Of a stretch of 42,082 nucleotides of DNA, positions 8,686-17,169 are shown piece by piece. Made by a program: the position numbers and the translations under genes. The stretch is taken from the sequence record SRR2962707_5325. One strand, written 5' to 3'. Below the pieces are notes generated by a model that saw only the letters and a program-made list of their open reading frames with translations, ran no database searches and had not been told where the DNA came from. Within the stretch, counting starts at the first letter, position 1. The number at the start of each line of letters is the position of its first letter.

Positions 8686-11291
8686 AAAGTGCTCCAACAC
8701 CACCGAAGTACTTATTGCGCTTTTTCAAGTGGTTTTGCGATCCCAGACTTCACAAATACCTGGAAGGTGATCTGCTGGAGTTATTCGAAGAAAATATCAG
8801 GAACAAAGGTACCTCACAGGCAAAATGGCTATTCGCCTTCGACGTGATCCGACTGTTCCGACCGGACATTATCAGAAAGTCAAAAACTCAAAAACTCAAT
8901 AATATGGACATGTTTAATAACTATTTAAAAATTGCCTTCAGGGTCTTCAAAAGGGAACGATCCTTTAGCCTTATCAATTTATTCGGACTCATTCTCGGCT
9001 TCACTTGTTGCCTGACCATTTATCTGTTCATCGACGATGAGCTTAGCTATGATCAAATGCACACGGATGCCGACCGAATCTACCGACTATCTTCTGCCTA
9101 CATGAGAGAAGGTCAATGGGAGCCCTATGCCTCCAACTCGTGGCGCACCGGGGAAGTCTTTGCTGCCAATTTTTCTGAAGTAGAAGAGTTGGTAAGAATA
9201 CGCAGACAGGAAGAATTCATCATGCACAATGACAAACGGATTCTTGAAGACCGGATCGCGTATGTCGATGCGAATTTCTTCCAGGTCTTTTCTTTTCCGC
9301 TGATTTCAGGTGATCGCAATACTGCTCTTGATGGTGCCGGAAAAGTGGTCATCAGTGAAAGTACTGCTCAAAAATATTTTGGAGATGCCAATCCCATGGG
9401 TCAGGTGCTAACGATCAGCGATACGCTGTATCAGCTGCAGATAGCAGGCGTTATGGAAGATATGCCACCCAATTCACACTTTCATTTTGACCTCCTCATC
9501 TCACCTCAAACCCAGCGTCTGACAGCTCCAGATTACATGTATACCAGCGTGGGGTGGGATTCACAGCGTATTTATGTGAAAATGAAAGAAGATGCCAATA
9601 TGCAGGCCATCGAAGATCGATTTCCGGATTTCATTGACACAAACCTGGATTACCTGACGGCCGGAAATTTCAAATTGTTCTTCCAACCGCTATTGGATAT
9701 CCATCTCAAATCTGATCTAGGCCTGGAGCTAGAAGACAATGGTGACATTGACAACATCTACATCTTCTCTTTTGTAGCTCTCTTTATTCTGCTGATAGCA
9801 TGTATCAACTACATCAACCTCACAACTGCTCGCTCCCTTCGTAGAGCCAAAGAGGTTGGCATGCGAAAAGTGCTTGGAGCCCAGCGAGGAAACCTGATCA
9901 ATCAATTTTTGATCGAATCCTTCCTCATGACTTTTATTGCTCTGATCAGTTCGGTTATTCTAACCATCCTGTTACTTCCTCGATTCAATGCCTTTGCCGA
10001 TAAGATGATCAGTGCATCCGTCTTGTTTGAGGGTCAGCTAATACTTGCGCTGCTAGTTGCTTACTTCGTGATTTCATTATTGGCCGGTGGCTACCCTTCG
10101 CTCGTTCTTTCATCCTTCAAGGCAGGATCCATTATTCGGTCTGGTAAATACACCGAAAAAGGTTCTGTGCTATTTCGCAAAGCATTGGTCATAGTGCAGT
10201 TTACGATCTCCATAGGATTGATTGCCTCCACTTTGGTTGTATTCAATCAACTCAAATTCATGCAGGAGAAGGAACTGGGAGTGAATGAAGAACTCGTGCT
10301 TTCCATTCCACTTCAAACCATGGATACCAGCCAATTCAAATCATTCAAAACGGAAGCCATGAGGAGTTCAGCCGTCAGCGGCCTGGCCTATTCCAACATG
10401 AGACTTCCGGGATGGATCAACAACAGCACCTTCTACACCGCCCAGGATGTGGAAATAGATGAAGAAGCCAGAAAATCGATGAAGATCATTCGTGTGGATG
10501 AGGACTTCTTTAATCTTATGGAAGTGGAGCTCCTAGGAGGACGTAATTTTTCCAGAGCATATCCATCTGAGCACACCTCCTCGATCATTCTCAATGAAGC
10601 AGCTATCAAGCAACTTGGCTGGGAAGACCCTATTGGAAAATGGGTGAAGATCGGAAGATATCAGTTGAATACAGTTGGCGTGGTGAAGGACTTCCATTTT
10701 GAATCGCTGCACAGAAAGATCCCACCTACCATTTTTGTTCTTTCCAATACCTATCTCAGGTGGGCGTATGTTCGGATCGATGGACGACAAATGGATACCG
10801 CCTTGGAACATCTCGAAGATGTCTATACCGGGCTCGTCACGAATCGTGATTTTGAGTACACCTTCGTCTCGGATGATGTAGCACGCCAATATGAGCGAGA
10901 AGCCAAATTCACCCAGGTGTTTGAAATTTTCACTGTGCTTGCCATTCTCATCGCAAGCCTGGGCACATTCGGGCTCATCTCATTTGCTGCCGAAAGAAAA
11001 ACAAAAGAAATAGGGATCAGGAAAGTGCTTGGTGCCTCTCTTGGCAACCTAACAATGCTTCTAACCCGGGAATTCCTACTGTTTTTAGGCATTGCCAGCA
11101 TCATTGCCTGGCCGGTAGCGTACTACTTCATGAAGGGATGGATAGACGATTTCATCTACCACACCACCATAGGATTCATACCTTTCATCATCGCGACAAT
11201 TATCGCGTTGCTGATTGCTGTATCCACAACGATTACCAAATCATTGAGGACAGCCAAAGCCAACCCGATTGAGTCACTCAGAGATGAATAA
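8682..11291 (+). CDS. MacB/FtsX-type duplicated ABC permease with prefix domain (permease 4)
   Basis: 869 aa; PPK...EGDLLELF prefix; NYINLTTARSLRRAKEVGMRKVLGA; ends NPIESLRDE. Confidence 0.93.
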   Translation: MKSAPTPPKYLLRFFKWFCDPRLHKYLEGDLLELFEENIRNKGTSQAKWLFAFDVIRLFRPDIIRKSKTQKLNNMDMFNNYLKIAFRVFKRERSFSLINLFGLILGFTCCLTIYLFIDDELSYDQMHTDADRIYRLSSAYMREGQWEPYASNSWRTGEVFAANFSEVEELVRIRRQEEFIMHNDKRILEDRIAYVDANFFQVFSFPLISGDRNTALDGAGKVVISESTAQKYFGDANPMGQVLTISDTLYQLQIAGVMEDMPPNSHFHFDLLISPQTQRLTAPDYMYTSVGWDSQRIYVKMKEDANMQAIEDRFPDFIDTNLDYLTAGNFKLFFQPLLDIHLKSDLGLELEDNGDIDNIYIFSFVALFILLIACINYINLTTARSLRRAKEVGMRKVLGAQRGNLINQFLIESFLMTFIALISSVILTILLLPRFNAFADKMISASVLFEGQLILALLVAYFVISLLAGGYPSLVLSSFKAGSIIRSGKYTEKGSVLFRKALVIVQFTISIGLIASTLVVFNQLKFMQEKELGVNEELVLSIPLQTMDTSQFKSFKTEAMRSSAVSGLAYSNMRLPGWINNSTFYTAQDVEIDEEARKSMKIIRVDEDFFNLMEVELLGGRNFSRAYPSEHTSSIILNEAAIKQLGWEDPIGKWVKIGRYQLNTVGVVKDFHFESLHRKIPPTIFVLSNTYLRWAYVRIDGRQMDTALEHLEDVYTGLVTNRDFEYTFVSDDVARQYEREAKFTQVFEIFTVLAILIASLGTFGLISFAAERKTKEIGIRKVLGASLGNLTMLLTREFLLFLGIASIIAWPVAYYFMKGWIDDFIYHTTIGFIPFIIATIIALLIAVSTTITKSLRTAKANPIESLRDE

Positions 11292-11382
11292 AAGACCCTA
11301 ATCACAGGCATCCTCGGAAGCATCCTGATGTGAAATTCACCCAGGCTGTATTATTCCGGGGAAGCCTTTTCTCCCGTAAAAA

Positions 11383-11547
11383 TTAAAGAGGTAGTGCGAT
11401 AATCTTCCGTTGAATCTCCTGCGCTTCTTGTTGCTTGCGAAGGCTTTCGTTAGGATTTGATTTGGATAGATCGTAGGCTTCTTTCATAAGCTTATCGTAC
11501 TTTTTCTGTAGCGAAGAAACCTTGGATGATTTGAATAGATTTAGCAT
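11383..11547 (-). CDS. Small helical protein, Lacal_2735-like family
   Basis: 54 aa from ATG 11547 (MLNLFKSSKVSSLQKKYDKLMKEAYDLSKSNP...); the LQKKY.KLM.EAY.LS pattern resembles a small Bacteroidota family; the longer 89-aa start is unlikely. Confidence 0.6.
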   Translation of the reverse strand: MLNLFKSSKVSSLQKKYDKLMKEAYDLSKSNPNESLRKQQEAQEIQRKIIALPL

Positions 11548-11725
11548 AGCGAGTAAGGGATTAACTATTTTCGGTGGCGAAGATTGCGATTCTTCTTTAC
11601 CCGTAATAACGCTGTTCTTTGAATAGCCAGAATTTTTCGATGAAATTTTCACTGTTTCCTTGAAAAAATACAGTGTAGCAACATCTATTCAAAATAGGTG
11701 CTATTGTATGTTGAAATAGTACAAT

Positions 11726-12544
11726 TTAGCTTGTTTCATTACGAACGATGTGATCCGCCTTGAACAGCATAATGATCTCAATGATCAAAAGTGGATATAA
11801 CAGCAGCACACCAACAAAAGAGAATAGCAAAGTGATGAAGGAGACACCATAGATAATTTCCATTCGCCCGGCAATTTTCGCGATGCGACCCATGCTATCC
11901 TGCAGCCGGAGAAGACCTATTCCAAAGACTACAGCAATCGCCCCAATTCCAATAGCTGAAAATGCATTCACCGCTTGTGACACAGAGGCATAAGACGGAT
12001 AAAAAATCAGCACGATGATATCAGCGATGATTGTAAATGATACCACTATAATGTACAGATATGAACCTATCCTTAGGAGTTGAATTTCAAAAAGCAGGGC
12101 CAGAGCCAGGAACGCCCTGGTAAAGAAATAAAAAGAGAGTAGCAGGAGTACTTTCGTTGTGATCATAAATCCAAGCATGGATTCACCGGATTCTTCCATG
12201 AGCAAACCGGCCCCCAAATCAAGTATATTCATCAGCAATAGCACAATGCCCGCAATAGCACCTGGAAGTAGTGCCTGAATCAGGCTTTTATCGGAGCATT
12301 TGGTCAGGAAAATGGAGTGCAATGAAAATTTCCTCTTATCTGATTTGAGCCATTCAGTATCCGTTGTATCAAGTGCAGCCACCAGAATTCTAATGGTAGA
12401 AATCCTTGGTATTACAGCGCCTGACTCTATTCGCTGTATCGTGCGTACACTGACATGGCACATCTCCCTGAGTTCCTGCTGGGTGATCCCCTTCTCCTTG
12501 CGAAGAGCTAGCAGCTTTTGTCCAAGTTCCGGCTGATCAATCAT
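11726..12544 (-). CDS. XRE-family helix-turn-helix regulator fused to a multi-pass membrane domain
   Basis: N-terminal LRKEKGITQQELREMCHVSVRTIQRIESG HTH followed by about 5-6 hydrophobic segments. Confidence 0.85.
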   Translation of the reverse strand: MIDQPELGQKLLALRKEKGITQQELREMCHVSVRTIQRIESGAVIPRISTIRILVAALDTTDTEWLKSDKRKFSLHSIFLTKCSDKSLIQALLPGAIAGIVLLLMNILDLGAGLLMEESGESMLGFMITTKVLLLLSFYFFTRAFLALALLFEIQLLRIGSYLYIIVVSFTIIADIIVLIFYPSYASVSQAVNAFSAIGIGAIAVVFGIGLLRLQDSMGRIAKIAGRMEIIYGVSFITLLFSFVGVLLLYPLLIIEIIMLFKADHIVRNETS

Positions 12545-13349
12545 TGGTCTTGATTTTATCGGTTGATTTTCTGGTATGGCTCCACGTGCTCAAGATAAGA
12601 ACAACGAGTAAAACACCCTGGATGCCAAAACCAAAGTTGATGTTAGATTGGATCATTTCTGCCGTTGGATTTTCAGTAAAATCAACTACCCATATTCCTG
12701 GCACCCAATCTTTATCTCCTATCATAGCTAATAGAAGGTTCAGTCCAGCATGAAATCCGGTAGGCAATGCAATACCTCCCGACTTCAAGGCAAGCAAGCC
12801 ATAAGCCAATGCCCAGATTCCGGGACCAACAAAAGCATCTATTACTGACCACCCGAGCACGACATGATAAAGCGCAAACAGGATAGCGATTAAAATCTGA
12901 GTTTTCCACACACCATATTCTTCCCGCAATTTGAAAAATGCATATGATCGAAAGGCAAGTTCCTCCATTATCGCGAGAGGAAGTACCGTCCAGATCATGA
13001 TGAAAAAGCCCGAAACATTTTCTTGTTGGAAGGTTAGGCTCAAGTCACTGTACCATATTTGAGAACCAATCATTGCTGCGCCAACGAGGACAGCTCCAAG
13101 TAATCCTATGAAGAAATTGGGCATAGAACTCTTCTTCCATTTATAGCTAAATGTGAATGGGTTCTTGTCCCATTTTTTCACCAGCAATAGTGCAAGCACA
13201 GCGCCTGCGCATCCACAAATGCCAAAGAAATATTTTGCGTATGGATGGGGTATTCCACCAATGCTCGCTGAACATACATAAAGAAAGAGTGTGTAGAAAA
13301 CCGGCACGAAAAGTACCAGCAATAATGGTTTCGCTGATTTTATCATCAT
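12537..13349 (-). CDS. CPBP (Rce1/Abi, CAAX type II) intramembrane glutamic protease
   Basis: EELAFRSY (EExxxR), FALYH (FxxxH) and HAGLN motifs in a polytopic membrane protein; 8-bp overlap with the XRE gene. Confidence 0.9.
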   Translation of the reverse strand: MMIKSAKPLLLVLFVPVFYTLFLYVCSASIGGIPHPYAKYFFGICGCAGAVLALLLVKKWDKNPFTFSYKWKKSSMPNFFIGLLGAVLVGAAMIGSQIWYSDLSLTFQQENVSGFFIMIWTVLPLAIMEELAFRSYAFFKLREEYGVWKTQILIAILFALYHVVLGWSVIDAFVGPGIWALAYGLLALKSGGIALPTGFHAGLNLLLAMIGDKDWVPGIWVVDFTENPTAEMIQSNINFGFGIQGVLLVVLILSTWSHTRKSTDKIKTND

Positions 13350-13398
13350 TGTTTTTCGGCAATGATAGAAGCCGGGAAACAGGAAGTAAATTTTTCAG

Positions 13399-13418
13399 GG
13401 CGACACTAAGGCGACACT
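13399..13418. promoter_or_regulatory. Tandem direct repeat GGCGACACT, candidate XRE binding site
   Basis: Perfect 9-mers at 13399-13407 and 13410-13418 (11-bp period) upstream of a minus-strand -7-like TATCATTG (13367-13360). Confidence 0.55.
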
Positions 13419-13458
13419 TGATTTTAAAACAGCTATCACCAAACAAAGAGCGAAAAAT

Positions 13459-14397
13459 CTATTGACTCAAGTCGAGAACAAACTTGGGTGTTTTGGGATC
13501 TCTTGTGAAAAAATCGCCTTTCTTTCCGGCACTCAGTCCCCACCTGTGAATCCATGAAATCCCCCAATCGCCAAACCTGGTAACTTCCGTAGCATAGGCC
13601 GGATCAGCGGAAGCTTCGGCTTGAGAAATAAAACTGTACCCGTTTTTTTCATAGATGGTGAGCAGTTGATCCAGATAGGTCGCATTCAAAAAGTTGGCGT
13701 GTATGAGTAAGGTGTGCTTGATGTTTCTGCCGAAAAGCTCTATTGAGATGGATTCGTAGTATAGCAGCTTTTCTTCCATATACTGTAAATAAGAATCACC
13801 GATTTTATTCATCAATTCCTGATCGTCTTTTCGATAGGCCCTTGCATAAGCGAGGGCAAACAAATAGTCGTCATCATCCACGGTTACAAATGCCTCCTTG
13901 TAGCCATTTGATTGTAAAAAGTCCTTTAATTGATCTGTAGAGGCACTATCTAATCCACTTCTGAGGTAAGGATGCCTGAAAAAAGCATATTCCTTTCCGT
14001 ATTTTTCTACCAGGTTTTTAACCACCTTTTCACCATCGAGAACGTCCTGGGTGAATTCTTCAAATGGTACCCGATTATAATTCTTATGTGAGTAGGTGTG
14101 GTTGCCCAGCTCATAACCCCGCTTTAGCCATTCTTCCAAATATGCCACACGCTTAGCGTCCAATTCTCCATCCTTAAACAACTTACCAGCATTCACATAC
14201 CCGATGGCCGGTACATTATGCTTATCAAAAGCGTCCAGAATGCCCTCAGTGATTTGCCATTCATGATCCTTTTCCTTCACCGCATACGGCACCACTGGTA
14301 AATCATCGACCGAAATGCATATCAGCTTTTCTTGTGCTGTCGCATTGATCATAACGCCTATAAGAATGGTAAGTAAGTAGCACTTTTTCAACTTCAT
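13459..14397 (-). CDS. Secreted polysaccharide deacetylase family protein (CE4/NodB-like)
   Basis: Signal peptide; SVDD, GNHTYSH and FFRHPY motifs. Confidence 0.88.
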   Translation of the reverse strand: MKLKKCYLLTILIGVMINATAQEKLICISVDDLPVVPYAVKEKDHEWQITEGILDAFDKHNVPAIGYVNAGKLFKDGELDAKRVAYLEEWLKRGYELGNHTYSHKNYNRVPFEEFTQDVLDGEKVVKNLVEKYGKEYAFFRHPYLRSGLDSASTDQLKDFLQSNGYKEAFVTVDDDDYLFALAYARAYRKDDQELMNKIGDSYLQYMEEKLLYYESISIELFGRNIKHTLLIHANFLNATYLDQLLTIYEKNGYSFISQAEASADPAYATEVTRFGDWGISWIHRWGLSAGKKGDFFTRDPKTPKFVLDLSQ

Positions 14398-14473
14398 AGC
14401 ACAAGTATAACTATATTTATAGTAATAGAAGTTGTGAAATAATAATTCAGTGTGACATCACTAAATTTATTTC

Positions 14474-14965
14474 ATGATTCGCCCAGCCAATTCATCAGAC
14501 GCTCCCCATCTTGCAGCTATCTACAACCATTACATTATCCACTCTCATTGCACCTTTGAAAAGGAGCCAGTAGAAGATGAAGAAGTGCTGAACAGAATTC
14601 TTGCAGTACAGCAAAAATATCCATGGATTGTTCTGGAGGAAGCCGATGAAATCCTTGGCTATGCTTACGCGACTTCCTGGAAAACAAGGGAGGCTTATTC
14701 CCGGACAGTTGAGAGCACTGTCTATGTTCGACCGGATGTCTTTGGTCGTGGAATTGGCAAGCAACTTTATTCTGCTTTGATTGATCAACTAAGAGCAGAT
14801 GGCCATCACGCGGTACTGGGAGGTATAGCCTTGCCCAATGAGGCCAGCATTGCCTTGCATGAGCATCTGGGGTTCCATAAAGTTGGTCAGCTGGAACAAG
14901 TAGGGTTCAAATTTGATCGATGGATCGATGTGGGTTATTGGGAATTGATTTTGAGACTTAAGTAA
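14474..14965 (+). CDS. GNAT N-acetyltransferase, phosphinothricin acetyltransferase/YncA/ArsN1-like
   Basis: IYNHYI...TFE, VESTVYV...GRGIG (acetyl-CoA loop), NEASIALHEHLGF and VGFKFDRWIDV motifs. Confidence 0.9.
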   Translation: MIRPANSSDAPHLAAIYNHYIIHSHCTFEKEPVEDEEVLNRILAVQQKYPWIVLEEADEILGYAYATSWKTREAYSRTVESTVYVRPDVFGRGIGKQLYSALIDQLRADGHHAVLGGIALPNEASIALHEHLGFHKVGQLEQVGFKFDRWIDVGYWELILRLK

Positions 14966-14974
14966 CTTACTGAT

Positions 14975-16105
14975 ATGGTGCTAAAGTTGAAGGTTGTTGA
15001 AATACTATATCTATTTGCTGCTTTTCATGGAGTATTTCTGTCATCTCTGATTCTTCTTAAAAAGCCTCACAAAGGCGGTAGTATTTTTCTTTTCTTTCTG
15101 GTGCTTTTGTTCTCTTTCTACATAGTGGAAAATGTGATTTATTCATCAGGATATATTCGGCAGTATCCGCACCTATACTTTACTACTTTGCCTCTTATAT
15201 ACCTAATTGGTCCTCTATTTTTCCTGTACGTTAGATCATCTATTAAAGAATCTGGTTTGAGATGGGTTGACTCTCTGCTTCTAATCCCATTTCTTTTCGA
15301 AATAGTAATTCTTATTCCATTTTATAGACTAGATGCGAAAATTAAAATTATCGTATATGATCTGAGTCAGCAGCAAACAGAAAATTCTGGCACCATTAGC
15401 ATTTTCTTCATTGGATATCTGGTTTACATCTTAAGTACATTTCTTTTTTTCTATCGGTCCTATCGGTTATTGAGTCTCTGGAAGCCTTCTAAGGCTAAAG
15501 AAAGGAGAAAGATGGTATCCTTGCGTGCCGTTTCAACCGGGTTTTTTCTATACGTTTTTATTAGTCTGGTTATGTCAGGAATGATGTGGCTTAATCTTGA
15601 CATTCGGGACTTATTTTTTCATTCCAATCTGATTTCTCTAACCGTTTTGATTCACAGTATTGGTTACATCGCATTTATGAATCCATCGCTTTTTGAGAGC
15701 ACCGAAAAAATTTCCAACTATACATTCTCATCAATTGACTCTTCAAAAATGAGCCTGCTTTCAACAAAACTTTCAGAAATAATGGATAAAGAAAAGCCCC
15801 ATTTGAACGGAACTATTTCTGCTGGTGACATTAGCAGATTACTTGGAATTTCTGCTCATGAACTTTCACAACTTTTAAATGTGGGCTTGCATACTAACTT
15901 TTATGAATTCATAAACCACCATAGAATTGAACATGCCAAACAACTTCTTTTGTCAGATAGGTATGTAAATGCTAAGATCCTACACATTGCTATTGACAGT
16001 GGCTTTTCCAACAAGTCATCCTTCTTGAGAAATTTTAAAAGTGAAACCGGACTTACACCAACTCAGTTTAAGAGGCTAAACAAAAATCAGGTTCCACTCA
16101 ATTGA
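14975..16105 (+). CDS. Membrane-anchored AraC family regulator
   Basis: About seven hydrophobic N-terminal segments; C-terminal NFYEFINHHRIEHAK...SGFSNKSSFLRNFKSETGLTP AraC HTH. Confidence 0.9.
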   Translation: MVLKLKVVEILYLFAAFHGVFLSSLILLKKPHKGGSIFLFFLVLLFSFYIVENVIYSSGYIRQYPHLYFTTLPLIYLIGPLFFLYVRSSIKESGLRWVDSLLLIPFLFEIVILIPFYRLDAKIKIIVYDLSQQQTENSGTISIFFIGYLVYILSTFLFFYRSYRLLSLWKPSKAKERRKMVSLRAVSTGFFLYVFISLVMSGMMWLNLDIRDLFFHSNLISLTVLIHSIGYIAFMNPSLFESTEKISNYTFSSIDSSKMSLLSTKLSEIMDKEKPHLNGTISAGDISRLLGISAHELSQLLNVGLHTNFYEFINHHRIEHAKQLLLSDRYVNAKILHIAIDSGFSNKSSFLRNFKSETGLTPTQFKRLNKNQVPLN

Positions 16106-16159
16106 AAATCACCTTTTGAGTTAACAGAGAGCGTACATTCCCCAAAAAATGGAGCTCTT

Positions 16160-17152
16160 ATGAAACGACTATTTTACTTATTGACATTCTCAATTTTGCT
16201 GACAACAGCCACCATTGGACAAGAGATAAATAACTTGGTTCATCCTGAAAATTATGAGACAGGAACTTTGGGAGAATTGGGAGAAATCCAAGAGTTTGGT
16301 TCCGGAGATCAAACCATGATTCTACTACCAGGTTGGGGTTTCGATTGGACTATTTTCCAACCACTTATTGACAACTATAAAGACCAATATAAAATCTACG
16401 CGATTACCTTTCCCGGATTTGGATCAACGCCAGCTCCACCAATGCCCGAGAATCCTGGTTATGCACAGTTGGAATGGACCACTGGAATAATTAACGGAAT
16501 TAAAAAATTGATTGAGGAAAAGGAATTGAAAAATGCAATTCTAGTTAGCTATTTTACATACAGTAATATCATAGCCATGAGAATGGCGTTGGACAATCCA
16601 GGTCTAATATCCAGAGTCGTTATTGTAAGCGGAATGGCCAAATTCACCAGTGACATCATTTCTTATGAGCCGAGTACTTTGGATCAACGAATTTATTACG
16701 TAGAAAAGTCGCTCGCTACAGCCTGGTTTAAGACAGTAAGTAAGTCGACATGGGATTCAGGCAATTTTCATCCTGAAATTTTCACCAAAGATTCTATTCG
16801 TGCATTGAATTATTGGAATCAGATGTCATCTGTACCAATTCCGACAATGGTGAGATATTTATGTGAATATTATTGTACTGATCTGAGTTTGGAATACTCG
16901 AAATTAGAGGTACCAATTATGGTTGTAATCCCATCATTTACCAACGAGGTTTTAACCAATTCAACAACCTCCTATGTGACACCATTCTTCAACTACAGCT
17001 GGTTGGGGGCAAAACCAGAAAGCAAACAGATTGCCATCATCACCATAAATGATAGCAACGCCTTCATAATGGATGATCAACCGGATAAGCTATTTAGTGT
17101 GATGGACGAATTTATTGCTGACAAGCTTAATAGATTCCAAGTAGTACGATAG
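16160..17152 (+). CDS. Secreted alpha/beta-hydrolase-fold protein, catalytic residues apparently missing
   Basis: Signal peptide; GSGDQTMILLPGWG and TFPGFG fold motifs; LVSYFTYS in place of GxSxG and DSNAFIMDDQP in place of the GHF His motif. Confidence 0.8.
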   Translation: MKRLFYLLTFSILLTTATIGQEINNLVHPENYETGTLGELGEIQEFGSGDQTMILLPGWGFDWTIFQPLIDNYKDQYKIYAITFPGFGSTPAPPMPENPGYAQLEWTTGIINGIKKLIEEKELKNAILVSYFTYSNIIAMRMALDNPGLISRVVIVSGMAKFTSDIISYEPSTLDQRIYYVEKSLATAWFKTVSKSTWDSGNFHPEIFTKDSIRALNYWNQMSSVPIPTMVRYLCEYYCTDLSLEYSKLEVPIMVVIPSFTNEVLTNSTTSYVTPFFNYSWLGAKPESKQIAIITINDSNAFIMDDQPDKLFSVMDEFIADKLNRFQVVR

Positions 17153-17169
17153 CTAATGTCAGGTAGGTA

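Noticed and set aside
11284-11333. Possible remnant of a coupled downstream gene (MNKRP-stop; KTLITGILGSILM in another frame)
   Set aside because: Too short to distinguish from chance; the ATG is a by-product of the DE-stop codons
11548-11652. N-terminal extension of the small minus-strand protein to 89 aa
   Set aside because: Family-like sequence begins at MLNLFK; the extension looks like intergenic DNA
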